DNA from: an uncultured virus (IMG/VR IMGVR_UViG_3300027851_001141)
Taxonomy: Duplodnaviria > Heunggongvirae > Uroviricota > Caudoviricetes
Reading direction: 5' to 3' (one strand)
Length of the DNA: 64,000 nucleotides
Virus record (IMG/VR): IMGVR_UViG_3300027851_001141
The notes beneath the pieces were generated by a model. It made no database searches. It saw only the letters and a program-made list of their open reading frames with translations, and was not told the DNA's origin. The translations under genes were made by a program, and so were the position numbers. Numbering within the stretch: position 1 is the first letter of the stretch; every line of letters begins with the position of its first letter. Positions 60,430 to 64,000 of this stretch are shown one piece after another.

Positions 60430-60633
60430 GCTTGTGCAGCATATCCACAAGGTGGGCCATGCATCTTTCGACTGGCCTTTCGCTTGAAGACTTGGCGATT
60501 CTCCATTAGCATTTCTGCCAACTTCTACGTTTCGTTGCTCCTCAAACTACCGAAATACCCTTGTCTACGAGCATAGGGGAAACGCTCTGTGACGCTCTAC
60601 CTTTCTCGCTAGCACTCGTGGTATTTCTAAGGG

Positions 60634-60706
60634 TGGGACCGGCGGGACTCGAACCCGCGACCGATGGATTAAAAGTCCACTGCTCTACCAACTGAGCTAC
60701 GGTCCC
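60634..60706 (-). tRNA. tRNA-Lys(TTT), CCA not encoded
   Basis: GGGACCG-TA-GCTC..GAGC-A-GTGGA-CT-TTT-AA-TCCAT..GCGGG-TTCGAGT-CCCGC-CGGTCCC-A, followed by CCC. Confidence 0.95.
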
Positions 60707-60787
60707 AGAAGTGGACACCCGAGGTGCGGGTCGGGTGTCCACGGAATGACCTAGAGGGAAAGGAGGGGAAACCTCTAGGTCACGTAT

Positions 60788-61033
60788 TCACTTCTTGGGG
60801 ATCGAGAGGAAGCGTCCCTTGGGGTCGCGGAAGGTCGCCCCCTCGGCACGGGCCTTCCGGAACGCGTCGCCGATCGAGACGGCGACCTTCTGCTCGACCT
60901 GCGTCTCCCGGTAGGCACGCATGTTCTTGCGCTCTTCGTTGCGCTTCACCTTCCGCTCGTGACTTCCGAGGATCTTCGGAAGACGAAGGCGGAGTTCCTC
61001 GGGGGAGAGACGCTTGGCGTGAGGCTGATTCAT
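60788..61033 (-). CDS. Small basic protein
   Basis: GGAGG RBS; promoter motif at 61078; RDPKGRF motif. Confidence 0.6.
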   Translation of the reverse strand: MNQPHAKRLSPEELRLRLPKILGSHERKVKRNEERKNMRAYRETQVEQKVAVSIGDAFRKARAEGATFRDPKGRFLSIPKK

Positions 61034-61212
61034 GATTATTACCTCCGGTGTGGCCGTCGTGGCCGGTGACTCACTTTACTATGGACAGGGTTCGACCTAC
61101 TTGAAGATTCCTTCCGGGCAACGGAAGTGTCGGTCGCTCACTTTGCCACGGAGACGGATCGTGTAGACCCATTCCCCGCACAGAAACGTTCGTCGCTTTC
61201 GTCGCTTGTTCA

Positions 61213-62638
61213 CTATTCCTCCTGGGCCTTGAGGAAGGCCTGGTTCACGCGGTCCAAGATTTCCTCTTCGGTGTCTCCCGAATCCCAGCCAGGACAAGGT
61301 TCGCAACGGTCGGCATCCACCAACTTGAGAATGAAATCTCTGGCGTCGGCGTCGAGCGTGGTTCCTACCGAAGCGTACACCACAGTGTTGCCACGAAAGA
61401 AAACCCACAAGTCGTGCTCTGGTTCCGCTCTCGAAACCTCTTGGGGAAGGACACCATCGATGTAGTGCCAGTCCGTGATGACTCCGTTCCTTTGAAGGTT
61501 TTCAGAGAGAGCCTCACTCACGAGGTCTTCCGGTGCCTGCTCCTCTTCGATCTCGAAGAGAATCGAAACGTTTGCTCTGTAGGTTACCTTGGCCATTTCA
61601 CGCTCCGTGAGCCTGCTCGACCTGGCAGGTTTGCTCTCCCTTGGAAAGCTCTTTGCAGATCCAGTAGCACCTTCCGTAGTCGCATTCCTCGGAAGCGATC
61701 ACCGAAACTCCGGTGATGTTGGCGATCTGCGCCGCGAAAAGAATCGAGATCGGATGCTTGTTCACCCAATCCGTTCCTTGACAGTCGGGATGTTCTCGAA
61801 GGACTTTGAGAGCCTTCTCGAAGGAGTAGATGACTCCGCTCAAGTTGCTCGCACTCTGCACGTCCAGAGCGGCCTTCGCCGCCTCTTGCAAGGTCTTCAT
61901 GATCATTCTCCTTGTGGTTGCTGAAACCAGAACTCTTGAGGCAGGGGCTCACCCGTGTAAATGTCCCACAGCCATTCTCCGTCCATGCCTCCCTTGCAGA
62001 TTCGTACGAGTCCGTACTCGTCCACGGGGATCTCCTCTTTCGCACACCTGCTCTCGAAGAGCTGGTCGGCGTCCCGGCGGGAGTCGGCCTGAAAATAGTA
62101 GCCGTGACTCCCGTCGTTGTGCTCGTACATGAAAGTGTACTTCATGATTCACCTCACATATGACGTGCAAGCGCCAAGGCCGACGCCCGACGCCAATGCA
62201 ACGACGCCCGTCTCTCCCAAAGAAAGGTCACGGCCGCAATCAGCTCTTGGCGGATTTCGTCCGAGCAACTGATACGCTCACACACAAGTGCCAGTTCGAC
62301 GTGGAGTGTCTCAGCCTCTGCGCGGTTGACGATATCAGCGGCTAGGCGGGAGATAGTCAGAGTGGAGAGCAGCATAGTGTGTTCGTAGGTGAAGGTGTAC
62401 TTCATGGTCAGAACCGATCGAAAGCGTCGAGAGCACGGAACACGTCTCCAATGTCGCTTCGCGTTACGACCTCGTTCCCGATGCAGAAGCCTCCGACGTT
62501 TCCATCCATTTCCGTGTCGGAAAGAACGCGGCCACAGAAGTCTCTGGCACTGAAAGCCAGGTTGGCACCGAACGTCCCGTTCGTGACGTAGTAGCCGTGA
62601 ATGGAACCGATGCGAGTGTTGGGGTTGATGACGATCAT
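61213..62638 (-). CDS. Operon of five small hypothetical proteins (61213-61596, 61598-61906, 61903-62145, 62154-62405, 62408-62638)
   Basis: Abutting ORFs downstream of the promoter motif at 62657; two begin MKYTF.YEH. Confidence 0.6.
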
Positions 62639-63149
62639 TGTTTCCTCCTGGCCTTTACTATGTTGAGGGTTCGTCTTTCCTTAAACGAGACAAGGCCCTT
62701 TCGGGCCGAGTCTCAGTCTTCGTGGTGAGTGAAGCCGAAGGTACCCACCTTGTTCCCGTTCGCATCCATGACGGGGAGGTCTTCGATGGCCCTGGCTGGA
62801 AGAGAGGTCATTTTCTCCACGATCTTTTCGAGAGACTCGATGATGTGGCGCTTGTAGCGCATGGCATCGTTGCCCATCGTGATCTCGACCTTGAACTTCA
62901 TGACTTCAACTCCATTTCTTCCACGTAGTAGTAGAATCGTTGGTGGTTTCGGGTGTCGGGGTGATTCGTGAGAGGGTGCCCACCGAAAAGCTTTTCCCCG
63001 TCCTCGTCGCAAGCCTTCTGTGCCGCTTCGTAGGTGAGGAACGCGCCCAGATAGGTGACGAAATTTGTCGGGGTGCTTCTCGGTCTTGGTCGCAACGAAG
63101 ACTTGGCGACAAGGCTCCGGCTCTGCCTCGGTCCCTTCGAGAAGGGACG

Positions 63150-63422
63150 TCACCATGCTCTGGATTCCGCGTACCAATTCATGAGAATGGCGGTGAGGTG
63201 TCCGTGAACGTCATAGATGGGATCGAGAAGGTCACCGTTTTCGTTGGTGACCTTCGTGATCTCCAGCACTTCGACGAGAGCCTTTCTCGCCTCGGGCCCG
63301 AAGATCGAGCCTGTCCAGAACTCGCCTTTCGCCTCGGCTCGTTCCTTGCTCTGTTCCAGAGTGAAGTCGATGGTCGCGATGACCCTCTCGATTTCTTTGC
63401 GAATGTCCTTGGGCTTGGTCAT
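63150..63422 (-). CDS. Small hypothetical protein
   Basis: AAGGA RBS and ATG at 63422, downstream of the tRNA-like RNA. Confidence 0.6.
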   Translation of the reverse strand: MTKPKDIRKEIERVIATIDFTLEQSKERAEAKGEFWTGSIFGPEARKALVEVLEITKVTNENGDLLDPIYDVHGHLTAILMNWYAESRAW

Positions 63423-63449
63423 GATTATTTTCCTTTCCTTTTGGAACAC

Positions 63450-63580
63450 TGGCCCCCTGGGATGGACTTGAACCACCACTTTCCTTACCTCGCATCGAAA
63501 GTTGCAGCTAACGATGCGAGACTGTGCTCTGCGTCTGCAAACACTTCGCACGGACGTTCTGCCAATTAAACTACCAGGGG
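63450..63580 (-). ncRNA. 131-nt tRNA-like RNA with canonical acceptor, D and T arms and CCA; anticodon arm replaced by two hairpins
   Basis: CCCCTGG/CCAGGGG-G-CCA; TA; GTTT-AATTGGCA-GAAC; GGTGG-TTCAAGT-CCATC. Confidence 0.8.
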
Positions 63581-63655
63581 ATAGGTGAAGCCTCATGGCC
63601 TCACCGTTTAGTATGAGCAGGGTTGCTCAATCCAACACGTCTTCCTCCAAGATCA

Positions 63656-63985
63656 TCAGTCTAGACAGTAGGAAAGTTTTGCCTTGACCTCTCGGCACAA
63701 CTCGAAGGGGTTGTCCTCCCAGCCTCCTGTGTCGTACTCGGTGCTGCACGGATAATCGTGCTCAGCCCCCACGAGAAGGTGGTCATTCTCGAAATCCTCC
63801 AACTTGGAGTAGAGGTCTTCGATTTCGTGGTCGAACTTGGACCACTTGGCGTAGAGGAACAAGAAGAGAACCCCCTGCTCGTGCTCGTACACCTCGTTTG
63901 CTTCCTTGAGGACCGGGTGATTACGCAACTCGTCCAGGGCTCGGCCCTTTTTGATTGCCAACCCAACGTCAGTTCGCGTTGACAT
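63656..63985 (-). CDS. Hypothetical protein
   Basis: 109 aa with AGGAG RBS. Confidence 0.6.
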   Translation of the reverse strand: MSTRTDVGLAIKKGRALDELRNHPVLKEANEVYEHEQGVLFLFLYAKWSKFDHEIEDLYSKLEDFENDHLLVGAEHDYPCSTEYDTGGWEDNPFELCREVKAKLSYCLD

Positions 63986-64000
63986 TCAAACTCCTTGAGG

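Larger units (their letters stand above)
50889..63624 (-). promoter_or_regulatory. Repeated promoter-like motif AACCC-N4-CATA(A/G/C)T (19 copies in this span)
   Basis: 15-bp copies starting at 50889, 51512 (variant), 52056, 52337 (variant), 52941, 53384, 53734, 54288, 54476, 55334, 55791, 56419, 57154, 57731, 58144, 59848, 61078, 62657, 63610; each lies just upstream of an RBS/ORF or RNA. Confidence 0.85.

Noticed and set aside
60542..60742. 66-aa ORF
   Set aside because: It is a translation of the tRNA-Lys gene and flanking hairpins.
63450..63580. Ordinary tRNA with a group I or bulge-helix-bulge intron
   Set aside because: The insert is far too short for a group I intron, and I could not find an excision restoring a 5-bp stem with a U33-containing 7-nt loop. 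Not formally excluded without RT-PCR.
63423..63596. N-terminal extension of ORF 63150-63596
   Set aside because: It overlaps the tRNA-like RNA; the RBS-supported start is at 63422.
1..64000. Alternative genetic code (stop-codon reassignment)
   Set aside because: Recognisable genes (dut, infA, helicases, Pth2) are full length in the standard code, and no suppressor tRNA was seen.

Overview
This window looks like part of a large lytic (jumbo-type) bacteriophage genome. Genes are tightly packed, almost all on the minus strand, and read in the standard code. Positions ~1-20 kb hold replication, nucleotide and translation genes: beta clamp, DnaB-like and SF2 helicases, three exonucleases, dUTPase, DNA methyltransferase, IF-1, Pth2, a minimal SerRS-like protein and two tRNA-Gln. 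Positions ~20-50 kb are small accessory genes with many paralog families, including four DUF2829/Tad2-like proteins. At ~50.0-50.4 kb a dense array of palindromes and 8-bp repeats marks an abrupt switch to a visibly GC-richer region built of short promoter-gene-terminator cassettes. A conserved motif, AACCC-N4-CATA(A/G/C)T, precedes these cassettes (about 24 copies found by eye). The best candidate for an undescribed system is a set of non-coding RNAs in these cassettes that appear to mimic translation substrates. Two are CCA-ending tRNA-like RNAs whose anticodon arm is replaced by a two-hairpin module (57057-57142, 63450-63580). One is a stand-alone SD-AUG-UAA start-stop RNA (~54362-54475). 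One is a hairpin displaying an anti-Shine-Dalgarno loop near tRNA-Lys. All protein calls come from motif recognition by eye; no database searches or folding programs were run.
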